Shown: positions 9,128 to 19,455, counted from the stretch's first letter. The stretch is DNA of 34,039 nt from Elusimicrobiota bacterium (GCA_043813605.1 JBDRKX010000084.1:1-34039); one strand, 5' to 3'. Notes: a model not told the origin generated them from the sequence alone. Made by a program: numbers and translations.

Positions 9128-10792
9128 ATGTTCAGAAGTAAACACCAGACAGATCATAATCCGCTTTCCGGGCTTCCGGGAAACAGGGAGATCAGTAAAC
9201 AGATAGAAAAGGTTATTACGGATCCAGGCAAGGTAGTAGTATATGTCGATATCAAGGAATTTAAACCATATAACGAGGTCTATGGTTTTACGGCGGGTGA
9301 TAATGTTATACTGACTTTATCAGATATATTGAAAACTATCTGCCGGGATGTCTGTACTCAAGAATATTTCCTCGGGCATATAGGAGGGGATGATTTTTTA
9401 ATAATAGCAGAAACAGTATCTCTGGATATGTTGTTCGAACGAATAGACAAAGATATGTCGACCGCTATGCTCAGTTTCTACCGGCAGCCGGATATATCAA
9501 GAGGTTTTATAGTAGGGTGGGACCGCCATGGCAGAAGAACAAGGTTTCCGCTCATGGGCGTGTATGCGGTGGCTTTTATACCCTGTATACAAAAACTGAA
9601 CTCGGTGGAACAGGTTTCGGAATATGCTACGTATCTTAAGGAATCGGCAAAAACCCGGTCTGGAAGCGATAATCTGCTTGTCAGGCCTGAAGACCTTGAC
9701 ATACTTCCGGTGCCTATGAAGGATTTTATAAAGGATAACAGCATACCGCTGGTAGTCAGGAGAACGGTTATAGAAGCTATGGGCGAGTGCGGCCTGCTGC
9801 ATTATGGCAGAATGCTCATGGAGATGCTTGACGAACCTCTCAATGTCTTCCTGAAAAAGAGCATAATATTTTCACTCGGCCGGCTCAGATATGCTCCGGC
9901 TGAAGGAAAACTCCTTGAATTTACGGAAAACAGGGTAGCTCATCTACGAACAAGGGCTGTCGAAGCGCTTGGATATTTAGGCGGCGCAAAACACCTCAAA
10001 AAGATAGGATCTATGGTGAGTGATCCGAATCCGTATGTATCTGTCATGGCTGTAAAAAGTATAGGAAACATAGGCCATCCTGAAGGGCTCGAATACCTTA
10101 AGGGAGTTCCTGAACATGCTTCAAGGTGGCTCAAGATGGAAACGGCGTTTACCAGAGCGCTATTGGGTGACCGAACTGCCGCAGGATCTCTTGTCAGCCT
10201 TATTGAAGATAAGAACCCGGTATTTCGCAGAAGAGCGGCTGCTTCCATGGAGCATCTGCCGTCTGTTGAAGGAATAAAATGCGTATGCAAGGCTGTAAAA
10301 AAAGAGAGTATCGATGATATCAAAGAATCCATGATCCATTCACTGGGAAGAATGGTTTTCAGTCTGCCTTCTTCCAGTCTTAAAGAGATATCTTCCGAAA
10401 TATGGAATACCTACAGAAGAATCCCGGTAGAGATGAAAGCAGGCCTTCTGGCAGCATTAGGCCGTTGCCGTATCAAAAATGCGCGTATGATACTGGAAGA
10501 GAAGCTGGATTCTCCCGGAAGATTTGAAAGACAGATGGCAGTTGAAGGTATGGTGAGTTACGGCAGAGAGGAACACGTATATTTATTGAGGAAGATGCTG
10601 AAAGATCGATCGTCAATGGTAAGAGCAAGTTCCGCAAGGGGGCTGGGCCAGATAAATGATATAAACGGCCTGGAGTTTTTGAGATTATCGTTGAAAGATC
10701 CTGATGAGATGGTAAAAAGGACGGCTGCAGAATCTATTCTGAAGATAGCTGCTTCCGGAACTATCAGGTGTGGTGCAGCCGGTGATAAATAA
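9128..10792 (+). CDS. GGDEF-domain protein (GGDDF variant) fused to HEAT repeats
   Basis: NPLSGLPGN, DIKEFKPYNEVYGFTAGD, GHIGGDDF, then repeated HEAT-like units (RTRAVEALG, DPNPYVSVMAVKSIG, DRSSMVRASSARGLG, DPDEMVKRTAAESI). Confidence 0.85.
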   Translation: MFRSKHQTDHNPLSGLPGNREISKQIEKVITDPGKVVVYVDIKEFKPYNEVYGFTAGDNVILTLSDILKTICRDVCTQEYFLGHIGGDDFLIIAETVSLDMLFERIDKDMSTAMLSFYRQPDISRGFIVGWDRHGRRTRFPLMGVYAVAFIPCIQKLNSVEQVSEYATYLKESAKTRSGSDNLLVRPEDLDILPVPMKDFIKDNSIPLVVRRTVIEAMGECGLLHYGRMLMEMLDEPLNVFLKKSIIFSLGRLRYAPAEGKLLEFTENRVAHLRTRAVEALGYLGGAKHLKKIGSMVSDPNPYVSVMAVKSIGNIGHPEGLEYLKGVPEHASRWLKMETAFTRALLGDRTAAGSLVSLIEDKNPVFRRRAAASMEHLPSVEGIKCVCKAVKKESIDDIKESMIHSLGRMVFSLPSSSLKEISSEIWNTYRRIPVEMKAGLLAALGRCRIKNARMILEEKLDSPGRFERQMAVEGMVSYGREEHVYLLRKMLKDRSSMVRASSARGLGQINDINGLEFLRLSLKDPDEMVKRTAAESILKIAASGTIRCGAAGDK

Positions 10793-11348
10793 TATAAATA
10801 CTGCATTGAAGAATGCGCATCATGTACAGAAAGTAAAACTTATTGCCGGTCTTATCCTGGCCAAAGAAGCCCCTGCAGATGAAATAAAAGCGTGTATGTG
10901 TTCAGAATTCGGCGATACGGATTATTCCAGCATGACGATCGATTTTGACTATACTGATTACTATTTCAAAGAAATGGGCCGGCCTTTATGGAGGAAATTC
11001 TTCAGTTTCAGGGATCTGATAGATCCTACCCGGCTGCCGGCGGTTAAGAATATTACCCGTAAGATAGAGGATAAATTTTCAATCGGTGGAAACAGGACTG
11101 TCAATATAGATCCGGGTTATCTGGAACCGGCAAAACTGGTCTTAGCATCTACAAAGAACTTCTACCACAGGATATATATAGGTGACGGCATATATGCAGA
11201 AGTAACACTCTACTGGGAGAAACGGGAATTCAGAACGCACAAATGGACTTTCCCGGATTATTCAAGTGAGATATACCGGGATATACTGAAGCAGATAAGA
11301 GAGATATACATGAAACAGTACAGGAGTACAGCGGAGAAACAGGGATGA
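10770..11348 (+). CDS. DUF4416 family protein
   Basis: TDYYFKEMG, RTVNIDPGYL, LVLASTKNFYHRIYI, YAEVTL, WTFPDY. Start codon uncertain. Confidence 0.8.
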   Translation: MVQPVINNINTALKNAHHVQKVKLIAGLILAKEAPADEIKACMCSEFGDTDYSSMTIDFDYTDYYFKEMGRPLWRKFFSFRDLIDPTRLPAVKNITRKIEDKFSIGGNRTVNIDPGYLEPAKLVLASTKNFYHRIYIGDGIYAEVTLYWEKREFRTHKWTFPDYSSEIYRDILKQIREIYMKQYRSTAEKQG

Positions 11349-13942
11349 AAGTGATAACCACGCACAGCGGGGCTGATTTTGATGCACTTTCATCACTGCT
11401 TGCAGCGTCAAAACTTTATCCCGGAGCCCTGATGTTCCTCCCCGGGTCTCCGGAGAAAAAGGTCAGGGAATACCTTGAAAATGAGGATTTTCCCGGAGCC
11501 CTGGCAGGTTTTAACGATATTAAAAGCGGTAAACTCTCACTCCTTGTGATCACTGATACCAGGTTTGAAAACAGGCTCGGGCGTATTGGAAATATGATAC
11601 ATGACGATACAGAAATACATATTTTTGATCATCATCCAAGAACGGACAAGGATATGACGGGAACAGTTGATGTCCTCGAAAAGTATGGCGCAACGACAAC
11701 CATACTGGTCAACAGGATAATAGCCAGCGGCATACGGATCACTCCGGATGAGGCGACGCTGATGGTTCTGGGCATATATGAGGATACAGGCTGTTTGACT
11801 TATCCGCTGACAACCCCGGCTGATGTGGATGTCGTTTCATTCCTGCTCAAGAACGGCGCTGATCTGAGCCTGGTATCAAGATACGTAATACATGAAGTAA
11901 ACGAAAAACAGCTTGATCTTTTGAATACGTTTCTCGAATCAAAGAGAGTAATGAATAACGAAGCAGGGATGATAGTATTTGTGCATGCAGAGATAACCGA
12001 TTATGTTGAAGAACTGGCCATAGTCGTTCATAAGACAATGGATATCCTTAAGCCTGACGTACTTTTTGCCCTGGTGAAGATAGGTTCCAGGATACTCTGT
12101 ATCTCACGGTCGAGATCAAAAAAAGCGGATGTGGGGAAAATACTCGGCGGAATGGGCGGCGGCGGCCATCCGACAGCTGCCAGTGTAACATTTGAAGGTA
12201 TCTCTATGGAAGAAGCGCTGGTCAAATTAAGAGGCGCCTTTAAAAAAGACAAAAGGAATGAAACCCGCAAATCAAGGTCTATGAGAATAATCAGAAAAGC
12301 GGCTAGGGTTATTCCTTCAGTACATACATGCAGCCAGGCTTACCATACGCTTAATCATCTTGATATGAAATATGCTCCTGTCGGCGCGGATAACGGAAAG
12401 CTATATGGTATCGCTGAAAGGGTGGAGCTGGAGAAAGCAGTGCGTCACGGATTCTCCGAGCATCCGGTAACTGAGTTTATAACAAAACAGGTCCCGTCTG
12501 TTTCTGAAACTGATTCAGAAGAAACTATTGCAGATAAGATGACTTCGTGCGGATTCCCGTTCCTTATACTGAGGGATAAGGACGGGATTGTGTCCGGGCT
12601 TGTCGAACACGCGTTCACGGAACTGGATGGACAAAGCAGCAATAACATTTCCGTATCGAACGAATTCGTACTGTCAAAACTGGAGAACAATCTCGGCAAG
12701 CGGGTCGTTGAAATAATAAGGATAGCTGCCGGTATCGCTGCTGATATGAATATGTCGGCATATTGTGTGGGCGGTATGGTCAGGGATATACTTATGGATA
12801 TAAAACATAAGGATATAGATATAGTCGTAGAAAAGGACGGAATAGAGTTTGCCAGGCGGTTATCAGAAAAGCTCGGGGGGCGTCTCAGCGGTCATGAGAA
12901 GTTTAAAACAGCTGTTGTGAAAACAGCACACAGGGCAATAGACATAGCTACACTAAGAAAAGAATATTACGAATTTCCGGCCGCATTACCGGAAGTCGAG
13001 GGCGGTACCCTTCAGCAGGATCTTTACCGTCGTGATTTTACGGTTAATTCCATGGCAGTACAGATAAACCCGGAAAATGAATACGGTAAACTGATAGATT
13101 ATTTCAAAAGCAGAGATGATCTGGAAGGAAAAACAATCAGGATACTCTACCCGCTGAGTTTCATAGAGGACCCTACAAGAATATTCCGGGCTGTCAGATT
13201 TGAAAAAAGATTTAATTTTTCGATTGCCGAAGATACTCTCATACAGTTGAAAAAGACTGTACATATGGATATACATTCCGCACTCACAAATGACAGGGTG
13301 AAAGAAGAGATAATACTTATTCTTGAAGAAGATAAACCCCATGAGATCCTATCCAGGCTGGGCGATCTCGGAGTCCTTAGCTGTATACATAATGATCTGG
13401 AGATAACACAGAACATATACAGCCTGATGGAGGAATGCGGTTCTATGGCGGCCAAAATACCCGGACACCGGAAAAAAAGATGGCAGATCAACAGATGGAA
13501 ATACCTGCTCATGATAATTATCAGTGAACTTGACGTGAAAGAAGGGGAAAGGATACTCGAAGAATTCCATTTTTCTAAGGATTACATCCATGTGTATCTC
13601 AAAGCCAAGGAATCTGCCGTGCGTATCATCAGGCTGCTCGGTCAGCATCTGAGCCGGGCCCGAATATACAAATCCCTGCATTCAATCGAAGAGGACGTGC
13701 TTTTCTATATATTCTGCATATGCAGGAACGATGATATACGGAACAAGATACTTCTTTATATGGAAGAGCTTAAACCCGTAGAGCCGAATATTGACGGTAT
13801 CGCACTGATTGAAATGGGTTACAGTCCGGGTCCGCTGTTCTCGGAAATACTGCATATGATAAAGACACAAAAGATAAACGGGAAACTCAATACCCGCCGG
13901 GAAGAAAATGAATACGTAATGCGCAATTATCCCAAAATATAA
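11345..13942 (+). CDS. cca: DHH-DHHA1-CBS fused tRNA nucleotidyltransferase (CCA- or A-adding type)
   Basis: ADFD, FDHH, GIYEDTG, GGGGHPTAAS (DHH/DHHA1); degenerate CBS pair; VGGMVRD..DIDI, RRDFTVN, SFIEDPTR (class II nucleotidyltransferase). Confidence 0.88.
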   Translation: MKVITTHSGADFDALSSLLAASKLYPGALMFLPGSPEKKVREYLENEDFPGALAGFNDIKSGKLSLLVITDTRFENRLGRIGNMIHDDTEIHIFDHHPRTDKDMTGTVDVLEKYGATTTILVNRIIASGIRITPDEATLMVLGIYEDTGCLTYPLTTPADVDVVSFLLKNGADLSLVSRYVIHEVNEKQLDLLNTFLESKRVMNNEAGMIVFVHAEITDYVEELAIVVHKTMDILKPDVLFALVKIGSRILCISRSRSKKADVGKILGGMGGGGHPTAASVTFEGISMEEALVKLRGAFKKDKRNETRKSRSMRIIRKAARVIPSVHTCSQAYHTLNHLDMKYAPVGADNGKLYGIAERVELEKAVRHGFSEHPVTEFITKQVPSVSETDSEETIADKMTSCGFPFLILRDKDGIVSGLVEHAFTELDGQSSNNISVSNEFVLSKLENNLGKRVVEIIRIAAGIAADMNMSAYCVGGMVRDILMDIKHKDIDIVVEKDGIEFARRLSEKLGGRLSGHEKFKTAVVKTAHRAIDIATLRKEYYEFPAALPEVEGGTLQQDLYRRDFTVNSMAVQINPENEYGKLIDYFKSRDDLEGKTIRILYPLSFIEDPTRIFRAVRFEKRFNFSIAEDTLIQLKKTVHMDIHSALTNDRVKEEIILILEEDKPHEILSRLGDLGVLSCIHNDLEITQNIYSLMEECGSMAAKIPGHRKKRWQINRWKYLLMIIISELDVKEGERILEEFHFSKDYIHVYLKAKESAVRIIRLLGQHLSRARIYKSLHSIEEDVLFYIFCICRNDDIRNKILLYMEELKPVEPNIDGIALIEMGYSPGPLFSEILHMIKTQKINGKLNTRREENEYVMRNYPKI

Positions 13943-13960
13943 TATCAATATATAATATCA

Positions 13961-13989
13961 TTGACAATTTATTAAAAAATCTGTAAATT
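13961..13989 (+). promoter_or_regulatory. Putative sigma70 promoter of the M50-trpS-scpAB-aro operon
   Basis: Perfect TTGACA, 17 bp spacer, TAAATT, in an AT-rich intergenic region. Confidence 0.65.
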
Positions 13990-14087
13990 TAACAAGATAA
14001 CGGTTTTATAGGAAACATAGTTAACCCCGACTTATTTGAAGGCGATAATTTTCCTTGGAGATTTTAATGAAATAACCTTAAAGACAG

Positions 14088-14768
14088 ATGGATAATATTA
14101 TTTTATATCAGCATATATTCGGGCCGCTGCATTTTGTGAGCGGTCTTTGGCCGCTTGTAGTGGTATTGTTTTTCTTTTCAGTAGTACTCCATGAAGTAGC
14201 GCACGGGTATATGGCATATATGTGCGGTGACAATACTGCAAAAGCGATGGGCAGGATAACTCTTAATCCGCTTGCCCACATAGATGTACTGGGTACGCTG
14301 ATAGTACCTGTTGTGCTGTATATGCTGGGCGGAGTTATCATAGGATGGGCAAAACCTGTCCCTGTTAACCCGCATAATTTTTATGACCTTAAAAAAGACA
14401 CGCTGAAAGTGGGCGCTTCCGGCCCTCTTATGAATTTTGCTCTTGCGATAGTCTTTTCGCTTATTGTATGGATAATGAACCTTATGAAAGTTTATAATAC
14501 CGACACAGGTTTTATGCTCATAGCCCTTGTAGCATCCGGAGTTTCGATGAACATAGTACTGGGCCTTTTTAATCTTATTCCTATCCCGCCTCTGGACGGA
14601 TCAAGAATAGTGAGTTCCTTGCTGCCGGCCGAAGCGGCATACAGATATGAGAAGATAGCGCCATATGGTTTCTTTATACTTATCCTGATGATAGGGGTCC
14701 TCTGGCGTTTTATAATACTGTTCGGAAATGTATTTTATAAGCTTCTTTTTATGGGGCTGCCATTATGA
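14088..14768 (+). CDS. Site-2 protease family (M50) intramembrane zinc protease
   Basis: LHEVAHG, GRITLNPLAHID, GWAKPVPVNP, GPLMN, FNLIPIPPLDG. Common position upstream of trpS. Confidence 0.93.
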   Translation: MDNIILYQHIFGPLHFVSGLWPLVVVLFFFSVVLHEVAHGYMAYMCGDNTAKAMGRITLNPLAHIDVLGTLIVPVVLYMLGGVIIGWAKPVPVNPHNFYDLKKDTLKVGASGPLMNFALAIVFSLIVWIMNLMKVYNTDTGFMLIALVASGVSMNIVLGLFNLIPIPPLDGSRIVSSLLPAEAAYRYEKIAPYGFFILILMIGVLWRFIILFGNVFYKLLFMGLPL

Positions 14769-15751
14769 CGAAAGAGACTATACTCAGCGGAATGAGGCCT
14801 ACCGGGCGTCTGCATCTAGGGAATTACCTTGGTGCTCTGAAAAACTGGGTACAGCTTCAGGATGAATATAACTGCCATTATTTTATCGCTGACTGGCATG
14901 CATTGATGAGTGACTATGCAGATCCCGGATTTATTAAAGGGTATTCAATGGATATGCTGTGTGTATGGCTGGCTGTGGGGCTGGATCCCGAAAAATGTAT
15001 AATGTTCAGACAGTCTGATGTGCCGGAACACCTGGAACTGTTTTTTATCCTGTCGACACTGATCCCGCTTCCATGGATGGAAAGGTGTCCTACCTACAAA
15101 GAAGCGCTGGAGAATATCGATGAAAAAGACATAAGAAATTATTCTTTTCTTGGTTATCCCGCTCTTCAGGCAGCGGATATAACACTTTATTCAGCAGAGA
15201 AGGTGCCGGTAGGGAAAGACCAGCTGCCGCATCTCGAGTTCACAAGAGAAGTCGTGCGCCGTTTCAATAACATGTATGGTACGGATGTAATGGTCGAACC
15301 GGAGCCGCTTCTTACTGAAGTCCAGAAACTGAACGGGACAGACGGCAGGAAGATGTCAAAAAGTTACGGGAATACCATACTGTTGACGGAAACAGAAGAA
15401 GACCTGCGAAAAAAAGTGATGTCAATGGTCACTGATCCTGCGAGGATACATCCTGCCGATAAAGGGCATCCTGAAGTGTGTATCCCTTTTTCTTACCACT
15501 CAATTTTTTCTCCGGGGGAAGTATCCGATATAGAATCAAGGTGCAGGTCAGGAAGCATAGGATGTGTTGAATGTAAAAAAATGCTGCTTGAAGAACTGGG
15601 GAATATGCTCGGCCCGGTCAGGGAAAAATATAACTACTATATCGGGCATATGGAAGAAGTCAGGGCTGTGCTGGAGGATGGAAACCGGCGTGCTTCTGAA
15701 GCGGCAAAACAGAATCTTCAAAAATTCCGGCTGGCGATGAAATATGACTGA
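14765..15751 (+). CDS. trpS: Tryptophan--tRNA ligase
   Basis: SGMRPTGRLHLGNY (HIGH), YPALQAADI, VPVGKDQLPH, KMSKS. Confidence 0.97.
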   Translation: MTKETILSGMRPTGRLHLGNYLGALKNWVQLQDEYNCHYFIADWHALMSDYADPGFIKGYSMDMLCVWLAVGLDPEKCIMFRQSDVPEHLELFFILSTLIPLPWMERCPTYKEALENIDEKDIRNYSFLGYPALQAADITLYSAEKVPVGKDQLPHLEFTREVVRRFNNMYGTDVMVEPEPLLTEVQKLNGTDGRKMSKSYGNTILLTETEEDLRKKVMSMVTDPARIHPADKGHPEVCIPFSYHSIFSPGEVSDIESRCRSGSIGCVECKKMLLEELGNMLGPVREKYNYYIGHMEEVRAVLEDGNRRASEAAKQNLQKFRLAMKYD

Positions 15752-16487
15752 AGTTTCCAAAAATAAATTCGGTAGGATAGAATGGAAAGTAGATATAGAT
15801 GCTTTCGAAGGCCCGTTGGACCTGCTTCTTTATCTGATAAGAAAACATAACCTGGATATATACGATATACATATTGCGGATATAACAGCGGAATACCTCA
15901 AGTATGTAGAAGTTATACGTCAGCTCGACCTTGATAATGTCGGGGATTTCCTTGTAATGGCGTCTATATTGATGGCCATAAAAGCAAAGACGCTTCTTCC
16001 TTCCGATGAACCTATCGAAGAAGGAGAAGAAGACGCAGAAAAGATGAGAAGAGAGCTGATAGAGAGGTTGATAGAATACAAGAGATATAAAGAATCCTCG
16101 TCTATACTCCAGGAGAGGGAAAGACTTTACGAGGGTGTAGTCGGGCTTCATCAGTATCCTTTGAAGGAATTTGGCCAGGATATTGAGGCAACTCTTTTTG
16201 ACCTTATAGACGCTTTTCAGAACCTGATAGAAAATGCACGCGAAGAGGTCAAAGATATAATAACCGAAGAATATAGTGTCGAAGATAAAATAAGGTTTAT
16301 TATGGGTGTCGTAGAAAATAAGTCCAAGATTATACTGGGTGATCTGCTGGAGAAAGGATCTTCTGTTATGGAACTTATTGTTACTCTTCTTGCTATTCTC
16401 GAACTTGTGAGAACGCATCAGATAACGGTTTCCCAGAAACAGAAGTTTGGAACAATATATATAGAGGACTGTGATGGATCAGTATGA
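15744..16487 (+). CDS. scpA: Segregation and condensation protein A
   Basis: FEGPLDLLLYLI, FLVMASILMAIKAKTLLP, C-terminal LLAILEL. Confidence 0.95.
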   Translation: MTEVSKNKFGRIEWKVDIDAFEGPLDLLLYLIRKHNLDIYDIHIADITAEYLKYVEVIRQLDLDNVGDFLVMASILMAIKAKTLLPSDEPIEEGEEDAEKMRRELIERLIEYKRYKESSSILQERERLYEGVVGLHQYPLKEFGQDIEATLFDLIDAFQNLIENAREEVKDIITEEYSVEDKIRFIMGVVENKSKIILGDLLEKGSSVMELIVTLLAILELVRTHQITVSQKQKFGTIYIEDCDGSV

Positions 16488-17259
16488 ATTGAAAAATATT
16501 ATCGAATGTCTGCTGTTTGTTTCGTCTAAACCGATAACGACTAAAAAATTTGCAGAAGTTATCAAGGAATTCAATAAAGATGAAGTAGAAAAATCCCTTG
16601 TAGAACTGGCAAAGGGTTATGATGTCGCTAACAAACCGATATTTATTCAGAAAGTCGGAGGGGGCTGGAGAATGGCGACCAGAAAAGAGTACGGACCCTG
16701 GGTCAAATCTCTGTTTCAGAAGGAAATAAGCTATAAGCTGAGTAAAGCTGCGCTGGAAATACTGGCGATAATAACCTACCGTCAGCCGGTTACTATACAG
16801 GAAATAGAGATGATAAGAGGAGTTTCGTCCGGTGGAGTTCTCAGGGGGCTTCTGGAAAAAAGTCTTGTAAAGATCGCGGGCAGAAAGGAAGCTATCGGCA
16901 GGCCGGTTCTTTACAGGACGACGGAAAAATTCCTGGAGTATTTCGGATTGGAATCCATATCAGATATACCTCCGCTCGAAGAGCTCGGTATAGATAAGGA
17001 AGTACAGGAACTCATAGATTCGATCGAAAAAGAAGATGCAGAGAGTGATAATACAGATGATGAACAGCAGGAGACTCTTTTTGAGGAAGATATAGAGATT
17101 GATGAAGAGAATAGTAATGAACAGATAGAAACTCTTTCCGATGAAGATACAGGAATCAGCGAAAAGCAGCAGTCTGAAGCGGCACCGTCTTCTAAAGATG
17201 ACGGCTGCCAGGAAGAAGAGGGAGAAAAGGCAGATGGAAGAATTCAGAAAGAAGATTGA
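16474..17259 (+). CDS. scpB: SMC-Scp complex subunit ScpB with acidic C-terminal tail
   Basis: LSKAALEILAIITYRQPVT, IRGV, GRPVLYRTTEKFLEYFGL. Start at ATG 16474 or GTG 16471. Confidence 0.95.
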   Translation: MDQYELKNIIECLLFVSSKPITTKKFAEVIKEFNKDEVEKSLVELAKGYDVANKPIFIQKVGGGWRMATRKEYGPWVKSLFQKEISYKLSKAALEILAIITYRQPVTIQEIEMIRGVSSGGVLRGLLEKSLVKIAGRKEAIGRPVLYRTTEKFLEYFGLESISDIPPLEELGIDKEVQELIDSIEKEDAESDNTDDEQQETLFEEDIEIDEENSNEQIETLSDEDTGISEKQQSEAAPSSKDDGCQEEEGEKADGRIQKED

Positions 17260-18325
17260 CGATATAGATATTAAATTATGCGGGCTTCTCGATCAGAGAG
17301 CAGAAATCGCAAAAAAAATAGGAAAGATAAAAGAAAAGGACCAGGAACAGGTATTCTCTCCTGACAGGGAAAAGAAAGTGCTTGATCTGGTGATTGCCCA
17401 TAGTAATGAGAATAACGGCGCATTCCCGGTAAAAGCCAAAATAAATATATTCAGAGAGATAATGGCAACATCAAGAGTTCTTCAGAAGGATCTTAAAATA
17501 AGCTTTCTCGGACCGCTGGCAACATTTACACATCTGGCTGCAATCAGGCATTTTTCCGATCTTTGCCAATATTCCCCTGCTTCAAGTATACAGCAGGTCT
17601 TTAGAGATGTCGAAAAGAGCAGGGCGGATTACGGTGTAGTCCCGGTAGAAAATTCAACTGAGGGTGTTGTATCGCACACTCTGGATATGTTCTTCGATTC
17701 GGAATGCAAGATATGCGCAGAGTTGATAATGGAGGTCTCGCATCACCTGCTTTCAAGGGATAAAGAGATGAACAGGATAAAAAAGATATACTCGCATACC
17801 CAGGCTTTTGCCCAGTGCGAGATGTGGCTGGAAGAGCATATGCCGATGGTACGGTGTATCGAAGTGTCTTCAACCGCTGAAGCTGCGCAGAAAGCCAGCT
17901 GCGAAAAGAATACAGCTGCAATTGCTGCCAGGGTGGCAGCAGAAGTATATAATCTCAACATACTTGCTGAAAGGATAGAAGATATAAGGGAGAATGTAAC
18001 ACGGTTCTTCATAATCGGCCGTGAGAGTGCAAAGGTCACATCAAATCCAAAAACTACCATAATGTTTTCTATGAATGACAGGGTCGGCGGACTTCATGAT
18101 ATGCTTGTCCCGTTCAAAAGGAATAAGCTGAACCTTACCAAGATAGAGTCCCGTCCGTCCCGGATAAAAGCCTGGACATATGTGTTTTTTATAGATATGG
18201 AAGGACACATTGACCAAAAAGAAGTTCAGGACTCCCTGTCTGAGCTCAAGGGAAACTGTCTTTTTCTCAAAGTACTCGGATCATATCCGACAGCTATGAA
18301 AATATCAGACAAATTATACGACTAA
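17234..18325 (+). CDS. pheA: Bifunctional chorismate mutase / prephenate dehydratase (P-protein)
   Basis: FRKKIDDID..RAEIA..IG..K (chorismate mutase), VPVENSTEG, NVTRF, ACT domain NLTKIESRPS. Start re-assigned to ATG 17234. Confidence 0.95.
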   Translation: MEEFRKKIDDIDIKLCGLLDQRAEIAKKIGKIKEKDQEQVFSPDREKKVLDLVIAHSNENNGAFPVKAKINIFREIMATSRVLQKDLKISFLGPLATFTHLAAIRHFSDLCQYSPASSIQQVFRDVEKSRADYGVVPVENSTEGVVSHTLDMFFDSECKICAELIMEVSHHLLSRDKEMNRIKKIYSHTQAFAQCEMWLEEHMPMVRCIEVSSTAEAAQKASCEKNTAAIAARVAAEVYNLNILAERIEDIRENVTRFFIIGRESAKVTSNPKTTIMFSMNDRVGGLHDMLVPFKRNKLNLTKIESRPSRIKAWTYVFFIDMEGHIDQKEVQDSLSELKGNCLFLKVLGSYPTAMKISDKLYD

Positions 18326-18329
18326 AAAC

Positions 18330-19451
18330 ATGGAGAGAAATATGCCCAAGCCAAGGGAAATCATAAAAGATTTTTTACCTTATGTGCCCGGTATGAGTCT
18401 GGAGGAAGTCAGAAAACAATACGGACTTGACAGCATAGTAAAATTGGCAAGCAATGAAAACCTCTGGGGTACTTCTTCAAGGGCGCTGGATGAACTGACA
18501 AAAGAACTTGAGAATATCCATATTTATCCGCAATCTGAACCTGCTGAATTGAAAAAGCGGATCGCGGACCGGTTCTCTGTTCCTGAAGAAGCTGTTATTA
18601 CCGGCAATGGAACAGACGAGATCATAGAGTTGATTTCGAGGACTTTTTTGGAACCCGGCGACAAAATAGTCATATCAAAGAACTCTTTCATAAGATACAG
18701 GATGGCCGGGATTATTATGGATGCTGAAGTCACGGAAGTACCGCAGAAGGATCACAGGATAGATATTAAAGGATTGGCGGCGGCGGTAGACAAGAGGACG
18801 AAGATCATATATATAGATAATCCCTGCAATCCGACAGGTACTTATGTCGATTCTAACGGGCTCAATGATCTTATCAGGGCACTTAAAGACATGGCTGAAC
18901 CTCCTTTACTTGTACTCGATGAAGCATATTACGAATATGTAACTGTTTCTGAATATTCTTCAGGCATGGAGTATCTGAAGGGCAGTGTGCCGGTAATGGT
19001 TCTGAGGACTTTTTCCAAGATATACGGTTTGGCCGGACTGAGGATAGGTTATGCGGTGGGGGATCCGGGAATAATATCTCTGATAAACAGGATCCGGCCG
19101 CCTTTCAATACCAACAGGCTTGCCCAGGCAGCGGCAACAGGTGCTTTTGCTGATAACAGTTTTGTAGATATGGTACGGGAGAAGACTGAAAAGGAAAAAA
19201 AGTACCTGTACGGACAATTGGATAGTATGGATCTACAATACGTAAGGTCACAGACAAATTTTATACTGGTTAGATTAGGTTCAGAAAAAGTAAGACCATT
19301 ATGTGAGTTCCTGCTTCAAAGGGGAATAGTTTTGAGACCGCTTGCAGGATATGATCTGGACGATTATATCAGGGTGACTGTTGGGAGACATGAACATAAT
19401 ACCTGTTTTATCGAAGGGTTAATGGAGTTTCTGAACACCGCTAAGGAGTAA
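18330..19451 (+). CDS. hisC: Histidinol-phosphate / aromatic aminotransferase
   Basis: KLASNEN, GNGTDE, NPCNPTG, DEAY, RTFSKIYGLAGLRIGY (PLP lysine). Confidence 0.92.
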   Translation: MERNMPKPREIIKDFLPYVPGMSLEEVRKQYGLDSIVKLASNENLWGTSSRALDELTKELENIHIYPQSEPAELKKRIADRFSVPEEAVITGNGTDEIIELISRTFLEPGDKIVISKNSFIRYRMAGIIMDAEVTEVPQKDHRIDIKGLAAAVDKRTKIIYIDNPCNPTGTYVDSNGLNDLIRALKDMAEPPLLVLDEAYYEYVTVSEYSSGMEYLKGSVPVMVLRTFSKIYGLAGLRIGYAVGDPGIISLINRIRPPFNTNRLAQAAATGAFADNSFVDMVREKTEKEKKYLYGQLDSMDLQYVRSQTNFILVRLGSEKVRPLCEFLLQRGIVLRPLAGYDLDDYIRVTVGRHEHNTCFIEGLMEFLNTAKE

Positions 19452-19455
19452 TCAG

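Noticed and set aside
9245..9400. Possible Hypr-type (3',3'-cGAMP) GGDEF enzyme
   Set aside because: The specificity position equivalent to PleD D344 is Asp (YGFTAGD), not the Ser/Thr of Hypr enzymes.
13990..14087. Possible T-box or riboswitch leader ahead of the trpS operon
   Set aside because: Only about 100 nt, with no T-box consensus (TGGNACCGCG) and no terminator/antiterminator pair visible.
17020..17259. Low-complexity GAA/GAT-rich stretch as a possible repeat element
   Set aside because: It encodes the acidic disordered tail of ScpB, a common feature; there is no discrete repeat unit.
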